Positions 12,901-25,281 of a DNA stretch of 64,000 bases are shown here, one piece after another. Under the pieces are notes generated by a model, which was not told the origin of the DNA, searched no databases, and saw only the letters and a program-made list of their open reading frames with translations. Numbering within the stretch: position 1 is the stretch's first letter; every line of letters starts with the position of its first letter. The DNA is from Chiloscyllium plagiosum (Eukaryota). The position numbers and the translations under genes are program-made. Where the stretch lies: contig NC_057718.1 of the NCBI RefSeq assembly GCF_004010195.1, positions 25,800,670-25,864,669 of the forward strand, given 5' to 3'.

Positions 12901-15900
12901 ATATGAAAAGGATTATCAAAGAAATCTAAAAAATTAGGAAAGTAAAAATAAATTATCAAGTAATCCAAAAAGGAACAGTAAAGTATCCTACATACACATA
13001 ACTGGTAAACGAACACCTGAGGAGTAACAAGTAATACATAATATTTACTTTGGTATTTCCCAGAGAAACTAGACAAAACATTAAATGAAGAGATCAAAAA
13101 AGATAAAGATAGTTTAGATAGAAATGTGTTAAATAATTGATAAAATAATTGGATTTAGAGAGGATAAAGCTAGGATGATTGCATCCATTTATATTCAAAT
13201 AAATTAGTAAGTGGCTGGCAGATGTACTATTAGACATGTAAAAATTAATTAAAACATGGAATAATGCCAGACGACTGGTGAAGTGCTAATACTATTGCTA
13301 AATTTAAAAAGAGAAATATATCAGTTACAAGAGTTCTGGTTGAACTAGCTTAATGTTGGTGGTAGGAAAGATAATGGAAACCTTATTCAGAGATATAATA
13401 GAAAAACATTTAGAAACTGAAAATATAATAAAGAGTAGTCAGCACAGATTTATAAAGGGAAGGTCATGCTTGATTAACCTTATTGAATTTTTTTGAAGAA
13501 GCAACAATAAAATTAGATAAGGGTCTTGCAAGAGATTAATGAAGTAATATATATGGCTTCCCAAAAGACCTTAGATAAGGTACCACAAAGTAAGCTCATA
13601 ACTCAGGTCAGAACTTGCTGAAGCAGTGGAAACTGTAGCAGAAAGGATAGCAAACTGACTACAGAAACAGAAAGTAGAGACTACGGGTTTCAGGTAGTTA
13701 CTCAGGTGGCAAAAGTTGAGAGGTGGTCCACCATTTATGTAAACGTTTTGTACTAGGGAACAACTTCAAGTGTAATTTTGAATACATGGACCACATCGTG
13801 AAAAGGTTAATGAAGAGGTGGGTACCAGCAAAGTACAAATATTAATGAACTTGCAAAATGAGCATGCAGTTGGCAAATTAATTCCAAAATAAATGTGTGA
13901 GGTGATTCAGACCACTTACTTTTGGTAACATAAGTGACTAAATGAGGAAAGGAAGGATTATGAAAAGGTGAGGAGCAGAACCCAATTATTAAAAATAGCA
14001 ACATAGGTTAATAACACCATCAACAAAGCAAACATGGAACTCAAAGCAACATCGGAATCAAGGACCCTAGAATATAAGTCATTTAAAAATCCAATAGAGA
14101 ATTCAGGAGAAAATCTTTACAGTACACTGATGATGATTTAAAATGTTGAGCTGACAATCACATGGAGTAGTTGCCGTGACTAACATTGGTACCTTTAAGG
14201 AGATGCTGTACAAATGCATGAGGAAGAAATTAAGGAACAGAAGAATCCTTCAATGAAGTAAATGTAGAAACATATGAGAAGTACCATAAATGCCAATGTG
14301 TCCATGATGGTTGAATGGCCTGTGTCACAATGATGTAATTTAAGTTTTGTAAGTATGTCTAATTTTTATAATAGACACAGCATCTTTCAGGATGATTCCT
14401 ATAAGTCACATGACTGCTCTTGCTAATTCACTGTCAACTAAAAAGCAGATATTCTGATTCATTATATCGGCATCAATTGTAAAGTGAGATATTTAGAATT
14501 TGATCAATCCTTGAATGAAACAATAGGGCCCTCTGAGGGTGTGAGAATTTTAAGTTTCTGAGAGAAACAGAGAACTGAAAGGTGCCTACAGGGAATTTTG
14601 GCATAATTGGAACACTGATTCATCAGTGTCTACATAGCAACCATGTTAAATATTGACCTGTATGAAACAGGCCTGAGATGCCACTTTAACAACGCTAAGA
14701 GGAATTCTGCAGACAGGATCAGGGAGAGAAAGAAGGTTCTCACAGAGAGGTGGACAAAGGCTTTTTTGTATATCTCTGAGTGGGCTAAGAGCTGTATAGA
14801 CATAGCTTATGGAAAAAAACTCTTAAAAAATGGTCATCCTGGATAATTCAGACCCTGTCTTTACTAGATCATGGGTGAGGATGGTGCCATGAAGGTTCAT
14901 TTTGGTTTTAACACCAAAATCAGGTGGAAAATAAAATCAAATCTAAGAAATCAAGGACAATTTTAAGAAAATGAGTCAGCTTTTGTTATACACAACTTAA
15001 AATTCAAGGAAGAATCTCACAAGCTGTGATCAACAATTAATTTATCCAGTTCACAAACGCCAAAGTATTTGGTTTCATTGACAGCTTTAAAAATAATTTA
15101 AGTTTCTATAATAGCCATTTGCTGCCTAAATATTTTATATATTAAATACATTGGCAGTATTATCAATAAGCTGTAAAATGCAACCTGTTAAATTTAATGA
15201 TTGAAGTAATGTCATGAAACACAAATATTTTAAAGTTTGGCTGAAATATGAAATAGCTATTGCAATATAATTTTAAAGTATATGCAATGAATGATACCTG
15301 GTCATGATCAATCACTGAATCTCTATAGTCATTTTCAGTGTGTGTGCATCTTCAGACTTTGTTTAAGAAAACCATTAGAAGTATAAGCATTTCTTTTCTC
15401 GGACTCAAAACAAAATCGGACATTAATGATTCAGCACCCAAAGATACATTGTGAAAATTGGTGAGAATTTATAGGTTACTGCAGATCTCATGCACAAATT
15501 CCTGGGCTTTGGAATAGGGGAAGTCATGCCAAGGTTTAAAGAGGATACAATGGATATTAAAAATTGAGAGAAAATAATTATAAATAATTATCCTTGGTGA
15601 CACCTATTAAAAATAGATTTATTACATTGTAGATTTGATACAGTGTCATTAAATTGTAAATCCTGCTGAAATGTAGTAGAAAGAATTACTATACATGTTT
15701 GTGCATAATAAGCCTCAAACAAGGAGATTATGCAGTGAATGAAGCACATCAAGTCTGTATACAGAGTTACAGTACTTAGTGGTGTCCTTTCAGAAGTTCT
15801 GGGCCTAGCTGAAGCACTTGGTTTATCACAATTCTTTAAAGTTAAGGGAAAACAAAATGTTTGTGAGTTTCTGAAATTCGGCCTGGAAATGCAAAAGCAT

Positions 15901-16454
15901 TGGAAGTAACTATAAAGATGTCAATGACCGATAAAATACTGTTATTACAAGATACCATTCAAATTGATCGTACAAATCAGGAGAAGCCACTGAACTAGCA
16001 TAGAGCAGCTGAGAAGGTGAGTTCCAATATGAGGAGAGTAAAGAAGGATAGACTGAGCAATGATCATTTGATTGCAGTGCACCATGAAGTATTCTATTCA
16101 AGCTGGAGGTCCCAGCTCCAGTTTAGGAACCTGCAACATGGAGGAGACTTAGTTTACAATTTCACCATGTTCAGAATGGAATTGTTGGTGATGTCTTGTG
16201 CAGTTAAAGATCAGTATTATAGTCCTGATAAATTAGAACACGTTGTGATGTTCAAATTTATCTTTTTTAAAAAAGATGTGAAGGGCTTTTGGAGTAACAA
16301 TACACTTTCTTCGCTTGAAGTGGTTTGCTCTTGCTGGCTTATTAATGTTTGGGATGTTTACCGGAACCTCAGTCTTTTGGCTGTCCTTTGTGAATGAATT
16401 CCCCAGCTCAGAGGGCTCGGTTGATCGGGGGAAAGTGGAGCTGAAACAGAACAT

Positions 16455-16900
16455 GAATTTGACTTAATTCGATTAATTGTAGTCACAAATACCCAAGTAC
16501 AGTGAAAAGTTTTGCAATGCGAGTAATACAGGCAGATCATAGCAAATAAGGACATACAGATCATAGGGTGCTTAGGCAGAGCAAGGCATGCAAGGTTACA
16601 GTTGCACAGGAGGTGCACTAAGCTAGATCAACATTATTTGAAGTTAGAGAGATCCAAACAGCTGCCCAATTACAGCAGGGAAGAAACTGTTCTTGAACCT
16701 GTTGGTGCATGTGTTCAGGCTTCTGTATCATCTGCCTGATGGAAGAGCTGGTAAGAGAGCATTACCGGAGTGGAGGGGTCTTTGATGAACGCGCAGTATA
16801 AATGGAATCCATGGATGGGAGGTTGGCTTCTGTGAGGGTCTGGGCTGTGCACACAACCTTTTGTAGTGTTTTTTTACAGTCAGTCGCCATACCATGAACC
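16455..16900 (-). mobile_element. Rex1/Babar-type LINE 3' end
   Basis: The minus strand carries IKDPSTP..ALLPALPSGR.YRSLNTCTNRFKNSFFPAVIGQL and a tail similar to 9759-10110. Confidence 0.8.
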
Positions 16901-17599
16901 ATGATCTTACAGAATGGCAGACCTACCTGAAAGCACTGAAAGATTTATACCCTACTCCTTTTACTTATGTTTGAGCCAAGACTTTGAGAATCAGCTGGCT
17001 GTTGAACCAGGGAAGACAGTACAGTTGAGTCCCACTTTATTTTCACCGAATGCTCACACCAGATTTCCAAGTACAGCATGGTTCCATTTGAGAAAGTTAA
17101 AAACTCACACAACACCAGGTTACAGTCCAACAGGTTTATTCGGAAGCACTAGCTTTCAGAGCGCTGCTCTGGTAACTGTGATGCTGGATCTTAAGACACG
17201 GAATTTATAGCGAAAGCTTACAGTGTCATACAGCTGAAATGATTTATTGAGCAAACCGAGATTGCTGTTCAGTCTTTCATCTTTTAGATTGGGTTGCAGG
17301 TTTTGGTTCATTAATATGTAAATCCCAGGAGTTCTTTTAAGTCAAATTCTCAAGATAACTTATGGTTTTATTAAAAAAAGGTGACATCTCAGCTCCAACA
17401 ATGCATTGAAAGTGTGAGGTTAGAGTCTGTCTGTATCCCAATCTTTAGTCAGACTGGTTCTATTTCCAAAATAAGAATTTATAAAATGTTATATGGATTG
17501 ACTGCCTGCATTGACTGCCTGCAGGTTGTGTGCTTTTTGAGCAAAATAGAATGTATCTGCAAATATAATTCTGCAAAGGCAAATTCACCCCATAGATTT

Positions 17600-17850
17600 A
17601 TGTGTGTGTCTGTGTGAGAGAGAGTGTGAGTGTGTGCCTGTGAGTGGGTGCATGTGAGAGAGTGTGTGTTTGCATCTGTGCATGCTTGGTAAAGTGTGTA
17701 TATGTGTGAGTGTGATGGAGTAAAAGCCTGTGAGAATGTGTGTGCGGTGGGTGTATGCGTTTGTGTTTGAGAGAGCATGTATATATGAGAGAGGGTCTGC
17801 ATGAGTGTGTGAGTATGTAAGAGTGTGTGTATGTGAGAGAGAGAGTGAAT
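17600..17850. repeat. Degenerate (GT/GA)n simple repeat inside the PLE 3' UTR
   Basis: Runs of gtgtgt and gagaga that produce the spurious His/Thr-rich ORFs. Confidence 0.9.
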
Positions 17851-18474
17851 AGTACAGTGCTGTCATCTGTCGTGTGACATGTATCCAAGGTCCCAATTGA
17901 GGCCACCCTCATGGGTTCCAAACTTGGCTATCGTCCTCTGGTTGGCCACTCTGCGTTGTTGTGTATCTCAGAATCCGCCATGGAGGATGGACACCTGAAG
18001 ATCCAAGGCCAAGTATCCCTGACCGCTGAAGTGTTCCTCAACTGTCTAGTGATTGTTGCATAGTGTCCATTCACCTGTTGTTGTTGTTGCATCTGCTTGG
18101 TCTCGCCAATGTACCACGCCTTGGGGCATCCTTGCCAAAAGTGAATGAGACAGACAACATTGACCGAATCACAGGAGTACCTGTCGCGTTCATGGTGGGT
18201 GGTGTCCCTACATGTAATAGTGGTATCCACGTCGACACTCTGACACACCTTGCAATGGTTGCCATGACAGGGTTGTATGCTGTTGTGGTCAATGTTATCC
18301 TGAAGGCTGGCTGTTTGCTGTGAAGAATGGTCTGCTTAAGGTTCGGTGGTTGTTTAAAGGTGAGACGTGGTGGTGTAAGGATGGACTTGGCTTGTTCAGT
18401 ATGTCAGTTCAGCTGTATGACACTGTAATCTTTTGCTATACATTCTGCATCTTATGATCTGGCTCCACAGCTAT

Positions 18475-18503
18475 CTGATGAAGGAGCAGCGCTCTGAAAG
18501 CTA
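18475..18503 (+). ncRNA. Minimal hammerhead ribozyme motif (PLE family 2)
   Basis: CUGAUGA-A-GGAGC-AGC-GCUCU-GAAA-GC-UA. Stem II has one G-U pair, stem III is the palindromic AGCU, and the predicted cleavage is after 18503. Confidence 0.65.
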
Positions 18504-18715
18504 GTGCCTCCAAATAAACCTTTTGGACTACATCCTGGTGTTGTGTGATTTTTAACTTTGTCCACCCCATTCCAACACAAGCACCTCCACATCATTGCTA
18601 TTTGAAATGACCCTTATATGATAGAGGTCACTGCATAAGAAGATGACTGAGGCTTTACCATCAAAATGCTAAATAGATTTAAATGAAGTAATGACCTGAC
18701 ATTTTAATTAGATAA

Positions 18716-19000
18716 TCATAGAATCCCATTTGGCCCGTTGAGCCTACACTGACCTTCTGTAGAGAATCCTACCCAGACCCATTCCCTGTCCTATCCCTGT
18801 AACTCTGCATTTATCATGGCTAACCCAACTAACTTTCACACCCCTGGACAATACGGGTCAATTTAGCATGGTCAGTCACCTAATCTGTACATCTTTGGAC
18901 AATGGGTGGAAACCGGAGCACCTAGCAGAAACAGGTGCAGACACAGGAAGAATGTGCAAACTCCATCCAGACAATAACCACTAAGCTACAGTACCACTCC
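18716..19000 (-). repeat. HE1-type V-SINE, degraded
   Basis: V-domain (gtttgcacattcttcctgtgtctgc..ggtgctccggtttcc) on the minus strand. Confidence 0.85.
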
Positions 19001-20920
19001 GCTCTAAAATTAAGACGTTAAGCAATATAAAAGATGCATATGAGATTATCTTGTTACTAGACATAGAAGAAGGATGAAATTTCTTGAATCTGCTTCTGTT
19101 CTGCAAGGATAACTTTACTAGAGATGCAGTGGAGCCAGAGAAGATCTGCAGAAATTTCCAGGCTGCGTCAGTATATTGATCTTCCCCTGAACTTTCTCAC
19201 ACTCTTTTCTGGTCTCAAGATTTCTCTCCACTAACATCGCTGTTGCTCACCTCCTTGCAAGCTGAATGTAGTTTCAGTGACATAGATAATGATTCTATCG
19301 TCCATATTCATTATAATGGTTCTTTTTAAATAATGGTTAATCGTGATAACTGGATAATGTGAAATAATAAGTATTTCCTCTTCAAACTATTTAAGGGGAT
19401 TCTTGTTATCACAATCTCCATCCCCATGTAAAATTACATGTTTGCTAAAGCACCAAATAGTTTCAGGTAAGATATGCTTTTCTTCCATGAAGAAGGAAGC
19501 ACTTCATTTAATCTTCGTAGATGGAAAAAGAGAGAATACACATTTACACAAGAGAGAACGGCTTATTTGTCATGAGCCATTGTAAAATGACTCAGTTTGT
19601 AGCATAAGAAACCCATTATGTTATGTTAGAAGAGGAGAAAAAGAGCCTGAGGCAGTTACTTGTATTACTGACAATTAATACACATCTGTCGAAGTATCTT
19701 CTCATGAACAAAACAAGGTATTGAATAGACTCATACATTCAAAGAGCGCAGGGAAAAGTTCATATGACGTATCATTATCAATATTCAATTACCAGCAACA
19801 TTAGCACAAGCAGACTGCTAATTTCTCAATAATTACAGTTTGAAACTGAATTAACTCTTGATTTAAGGTTTTAGCCCCTGCAGTCTGTGACTGGCACAGT
19901 TCCGAACAATTTGCAGCTGTTGTTGCTTTCCAACAGTAATTGTTCATAAATGCATTAACTGTGAAGCATGTGCAGAATTAGTCAAATAATGCACAGTTCC
20001 AGATTTACAGTAAGGAGTGCTGTGTTTTGTGTGTCTGACAAGTGCTGGCATTTCTGAGTGAGAACAAAGAGTGTTGTCTGGAGAACTGGTGTGTAAAAAA
20101 GATGGCATTTCAATAGCACAGACTATGCATTCAAAGATCTTGATGCTTCTGTACCAAATAATGATGACACTTGGCACATAGATGACGTGTTTATAAATTG
20201 CAAAACTCAGGTTCTGCTTTTTCACAGCTAATTAGGTTTCTAACAAACAAACAACAGCTTGACTTTGCACCATAATGAGTTGATGAAATAGGCACAGAAA
20301 ATGTCTAGGCCAGTAACAGAGAGAGAGAGAAAAAGAAGAGACAGCAATTCTCTTTGCTCATGACATTAAAGAAATTTTACCAACCATCAGCAATTTTAGT
20401 GCTATTGGGGAAGTACTTAAGAAGTGGCCAGGGTGAAAAACCTCCTGGGTTGTTACACAATGCATGATCAGAGCATCATCTTATTGTCACTGTGGAATTC
20501 TGACATGACATTGAGATTTCATGAACTGTTTTATGGCATCAACCTTGCAGAATAGTGTAACATGGCAGTTTATGCATTCCTCTGGAAGTGCTTACATACT
20601 CCTTTCTGGAACAAAATCTCAATTCCCTTTCCCCTTCTGCCTTCTGCCCTTTTGAAGGTGTAAGTTTTGCTGAGGCTTCATTCTGTAGGCACCAGCAGTC
20701 TTCATATACCTTTTTTGTAATGAACACTGAGGTGTGAATGCACACAAAGGGTGGAAGGTCACCAGAAACTCAGTTCCAGGAATTTCATTGATATAATTCC
20801 TATTGCTTGTCGCACTTTAAACAAAAACGTATATCTGCCGTTGGTCTCTAGAGAGAGATACACAAATGTTTCCTAGGTATTCTTATTTTTATATATCTAG
20901 GTTTATACTCAAGGAGAAAA

Positions 20921-21512
20921 AAAACTTGCATTTATATAGCACCTCTGGAACTCTGAATGTTCCAAGGTGTTTCCAGTCTGTGATGAACGTTTTGGATGTA
21001 TTAGCTGTTGTGTCATAGGTAATGCATCTGCTGATTTCATGGAAGGCCATTCCCACAAACAGTAATGTTTTTATTATTAATTCTTAGCATTAATTGCTAG
21101 TCCAGCATATTTTTCCTCTCCATAATTGCTGTTGAGAAGCCACTGTTGAGCCACCTTCTTGAACAGCTATTGTATATGCAGCATAGGAACACTCAGTGCT
21201 GTTAGGGAGGGAGTTGCAGGATTTTGACCCGGTGGCAGTGGTAATGTTCACATCATTTCTTTTCCTGAATTTAATTGAAGGATAAACATTGACCAGGAGA
21301 CTGAGGTTCACTCTCCTGCTTGTCTTCACAATAGAGTCATTTACATCGAGCCAAGAGAACAGACTCAGTTTAACATCTGATCCGAAGGATGGAATCTCTG
21401 AATACTACTCTTGAGGGTCATCATTTTTAATGCTCATGTCTCAGTGCTGAGCATGAACCACCAACCTGCAGACTTAGAGGTGAGAGTGCTGCTAACTGGG
21501 TCATGACTGACA
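20921..21512 (-). repeat. Deu-type SINE (SacSINE1/AmnSINE1-like), interrupted by a LINE tail at about 21085-21260
   Basis: The minus strand has a tRNA-like head, a Deu-like core (ttcggatcagatgttaaac..agcaggagagtg..cctggtcaatgtttatccttcaa) and an L2-type tail (gtgctatataaatgcaag). Confidence 0.7.
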
Positions 21513-21714
21513 GATTACATTTCTGTTGATTTAAAACTAGTGTAAAGCTGAACACTATAACATGAAGGTGAGGCAGAAATGTTGGCTTACTTGCTCTGAG
21601 AGATCAAGGGATCAACAGCACCTTACACGAGTGCAATTACTGACTGTCCATCATTAAACAGCCACAACATCGCCACCACCTTCTCTTCTCTGCCTCGTTC
21701 CCCTGAGGGGTGTG

Positions 21715-22066
21715 ATTTTTTTTTATCCATTCACAGGTACCACTAACTAGGTCAGCATTCACTGCCCATCCCAATTGCCAGACAGCAGTTGAGAGTCAAC
21801 CATTTTGCTGTGAGTCTAGAGTTACATGTAGGCCAGCCCAGGTAAGGATGGCAATTTCCTTCCTTAAAGGAAATTAGTGAACACCAAAGGGGTTTTTCCT
21901 GACATTCAACAATGGTTTCATGATCATCACTGGACTTTTATTAGTTCCAGATTTGTACTGAATTCAAATTTCACCTTTTGCCATGTTCGAACCCAGGTCC
22001 TCAGAACATTATCTGGGTCACCAGATTAATAGTCTAGTGATAATGCTACTAGGCTATTGCCTCCCC
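21715..22066 (-). repeat. tRNA-derived SINE (family B), near full length
   Basis: The minus-strand head has A-box-like tagcctagtag and B-box-like gggttcgaac. The tail gggatgggcagtgaatgctg..gaatggataaaaaa resembles the tail of the LINE at 1735-2262. Confidence 0.75.
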
Positions 22067-22071
22067 AGTTA

Positions 22072-22184
22072 CTGGATTAGTGGGGCTGGAAAAGCACACC
22101 ATTTCAGCCAGCATCTGCCTGCTGTGCTTTTCCAGCCCCATTAATCCAGAATCTGGTTTCCAGCATCTGCAGTCATTGTTTTTA
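22072..22184. mobile_element. Fold-back PLE mini-insertion
   Basis: A 27-bp inverted repeat (ctggattagtggggctggaaaagcaca / tgtgcttttccagccccattaatccag) with a perfect 12-bp TSD, cctccccagtta. Confidence 0.85.
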
Positions 22185-23352
22185 CCTCCCCAGTTATCCT
22201 CGCCTTCCACAAGATACACCATAAACCGATGACAGAAGCAGAAGGAGAGGATGGTGGCAAAAAGGATGATGTGGAGCATGTGATCCTGAAGTCAGAGTGA
22301 CATGATGCTGCCATTCCTCAGCATAGTAAACCGCCCAGTCTGCCAACCGTTCCCTGTGGTGCACCCAAGTTTCAATTTGTGCTATTTAGACAGACATATC
22401 TGATGCACTAACAGCAATGGAAAGTTTACCTGTTTCTTGTATGGACACTTATCGATTTCATACTGGTGGTATTACTGAAGTAAGGGCATTATAAAAGATG
22501 GAATGTTTCCATTATAAACCCACTGAAAGAAATATAGCTATTTTCCTTTACAGGTGTAACAGATACCTCCTTAATCCTACTTGTAGAAATAAGTGAGTTT
22601 GTATCGGTCTCTGTTGGATTTTTGACCAAATTTTCACTCTGAGAAAAATGGCCATTGTGGGAATTCCTATAAAATACTTAACCATCACTCTGTTCCAGGT
22701 CGAACGGTCTTATCTTCTTGTAGATAAATCATAGTTTAGACTTTGGTGGTGTGAAACTACTACTGTGCACATCAGCATGTGAATGTGATTTGAGGTTCAG
22801 TCCAGTTCTCCTGCCCAGTATGTTAATGGAGTTTTTACCCTGTTCAGAAATAGTGTTAATGTTTCTATTAAAATAGAAAACTGAAAGATTTCCAAAAAAA
22901 ACACTAATGCATTATCTCAAAGCTCAGTGTACTAATGAACAACAGCATAGATTTTACAAATTAATATTCCTGCTGCGGAGCTTTGTGTAGTTGGAGCAAA
23001 TGCCAGAATCTGTATAAGGAGGTCATTGGACTGCACATACTTGCTTGTTTATTTAATTTAATGAACAGGGAATTATCTGGGTCATGCTGACCTGAGCTAA
23101 AGTTCCTGAAATTCAGTTCTGCCACGTGCAGTTATGCACTGAAAGTACCAATTTGTAAAATGCACTCACACGAGTATGCTGTGAAGAAAATGAAACCTTT
23201 TTGGAAAAGTAAAGCAAATTTTCTCTATGAAAACCATGTTGTTATCTCTTTATGTAATGAATTAATAGCAGCGGAAAGGGATGTTGTAGATTTCTGCATA
23301 TCACTTTTTTATTGCCTGACAAACAAGCATTTATATTTTTCCTCTCACTAAT

Positions 23353-23669
23353 GGGGCATCATGGTGGCTCAGTGGTCAGTGCTGCTGCCTCACAGCGCCA
23401 GGGACCCAAGTTCGATTCCAGCCTTGGGTGATTGTTTGTGTGGAGTTTGCACATGCTCCCTGTGTTTGCGTGGGTTTCCTCAGGGTGCTCCGGTTTCCTC
23501 CCACAGTCCAAAGATGTGCAGGTTAGGTGAATTAGTTGTGCTAAATTGCCCATAGAGTTAGGTGCATTAGTTAGGGGGAATGGGTCTGGATGGGTTACTC
23601 TTCAGAGGGTTGGTGTGGACTAATTGGGCTGAAGGGCCTGTTTCCACACTGTAGGGAATCTAATCTAAT
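23353..23669 (+). repeat. HE1-type V-SINE, full length
   Basis: A box TGGCTCAGTGG, B box GTTCGATTCC, V-domain, and a CR1-like tail ending ggaatctaatctaat. Confidence 0.92.
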
Positions 23670-23844
23670 GTCTTTCCCGCTTTGATTTAGGGCTCTCTGC
23701 TGCTATGACAATCTCTTATCGAGCAGCGTTGCAAGGAACTAGCATTGTAAGTGATTCATATTTAAATTTGGTAGCCATTCAGTAATGTGTACTGACTACC
23801 CACATTTGCCAGCGACAAAGAAGCTAGGGTCATTTCAACACCAA

Positions 23845-24950
23845 CATATTTGTGTAGCACCTGGAATGCAATGAAATGTTCAAAAGTGCATTAGAGGCAA
23901 TTTAAGTCATGACTCCAAGCCACAAAAAAGGACAGATGTTATCAAGACAGGTGACCAAAAGGTTGGTCAAAATGATAGGTTTTTAAGGAATGTGTTAGAG
24001 GAGGTCAGTGAGGTAAAGAAATGGAGAGTTTTAGCCAGGGTGTTACAGAGTTTAGAGCCAAGGCATCCCAGGGGCACATGGTGAAGCAAATTGAATTGTA
24101 GAGCCCCAAGAGACTGGAAAAAGAGGAGCACAGATACCTCAAAGATCAGAGTCCTGGAAAAGATTACAGAGAAATGGAAGAATGAGACCATGGAGAGATT
24201 TGAAAAGCAGGATGAGTATTTTAAATTTGAGGTATTGTTTAATTGGGAGCTAATAAATGTCAATGAGAACAGGTGTGATAGGTGAGTGAAATTTGTTATG
24301 ACGTAGGACAAGGGAAGCAGAGTCTTGGACAACCTCAAATCTACTGAACGTGGGACGTGGGTGACTGGCCTACAATGCATTAGGAAGGTCTGAAAGTTAG
24401 AAAGGCATGGATGAGGGTTTGAGCAGTAAAATATCTGTGACAAGGTCAGAGAAAGATAATGCTTTGGAGGTGGAACTATGTAGTTATAGTGATGGCATGG
24501 ATACATGATTGAAAGCTCATTTCGGCATTGAATATGCCACTGAGGTTTTGAACAGTCTGGGGTTCAACCTGAGTTGCCTTGGAGAGGAATAGAATCAATG
24601 GTGAGAGAGTGAAATATATGGTCGGGACTAAAGACAAGGGCTTTAGTGTTCTCAGCATTGGAGGAAATTTCTGCTAATCCATTATTGAGTGTCAGACAAG
24701 CAGTCTGATAAATGAGGAACAGTGGAGAGATTGAGAGAGATAGTGCTTGGTGTCAACAGCAACGTTTGGAAAATGACCCTCTGTTATAGAATGAGGTTGC
24801 CTTTGAGTGACATGTAGGTGATAGGACAGGTCCTCAGACAAATCCTTGGAAGACACCAAGATTTACTCTGCAGGAATGGGAAAAAAACCCTGAGATGGCG
24901 ATTCTCTGGCTGCAATGGGATAGATATATGAAAATTTGAGCCTTCCTTAA
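23845..24950 (-). mobile_element. L2-type LINE 3' remnant
   Basis: The minus strand has frameshifted L2-type motifs (ITPVLIDIY..PIKQYLKFKILILLFKSLHG) and an L2-like tail (gtgctacacaaatatg). Confidence 0.7.
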
Positions 24951-24979
24951 ATAGAGCCAACAAGCTGTAGGTGCCAAGA

Positions 24980-25281
24980 GAGCGGCACGGTGGCACAGTG
25001 GTTAGCACTGCTGCCTCACAGCACCAGAGACCCGGGTTCAATTCCCGCCTCAGGCGACTGACTGTGTGGAGTTCTCCCCGTGTCTGTGGGGTTTCCTCCG
25101 GGTGCTCCGGTTTCCTCCCACAGTCACAAAGATGTGCAGGTCAGGTGAATTGGCCATGCTAAATTGCCTGTAGTGTTAGGTAAGGGGTAAATGTAGGGGT
25201 ATGGGTGGGTTACGCTTCGGCGGGTCGGTGTGGACTTGTTGGGCCGAAGGGCCTGTTTCCACACTGTAATGTAATCTAATC
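24980..25281 (+). repeat. HE1-type V-SINE, young copy
   Basis: Intact A and B boxes and CpG-rich, with a CR1-like tail gggccgaagggcctgtttccacactgta. Confidence 0.92.

Larger units (their letters stand above)
10640..14330 (+). mobile_element. Old, fragmented near-full-length CR1 (ORF1 esterase and ORF2)
   Basis: ORF1 SGNH-esterase-like remnants (MVHVGTK..LLREYQKL; ANWNKDRQIRRVNTWL), endonuclease remnants at about 11370-11780, and RT remnants at 13260-13800 (SQHRFIKGRSCLINLIEFF). Interrupted by younger repeats at 11780-12900. Confidence 0.7.
17092..18595 (-). mobile_element. Penelope-like element (family 2): GIY-YIG region with an inverted terminal copy
   Basis: The minus ORF 17928-18248 has YSCDSVNVVCLIHFWQGCPKAWYIGETKQ (GIY-YIG endonuclease). 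Segment 17092-17240 is repeated in inverted form at about 18405-18560. Confidence 0.85.

Noticed and set aside
17479..17921. His/Thr-rich ORFs
   Set aside because: Translations of a (CA/CT)n microsatellite.
20600..20605. Possible 6-nt minus-strand microexon
   Set aside because: The upstream region is purine-rich, with no proper pyrimidine tract.
23967..24506. 179-aa ORF
   Set aside because: Off-frame reading of an L2 LINE remnant.
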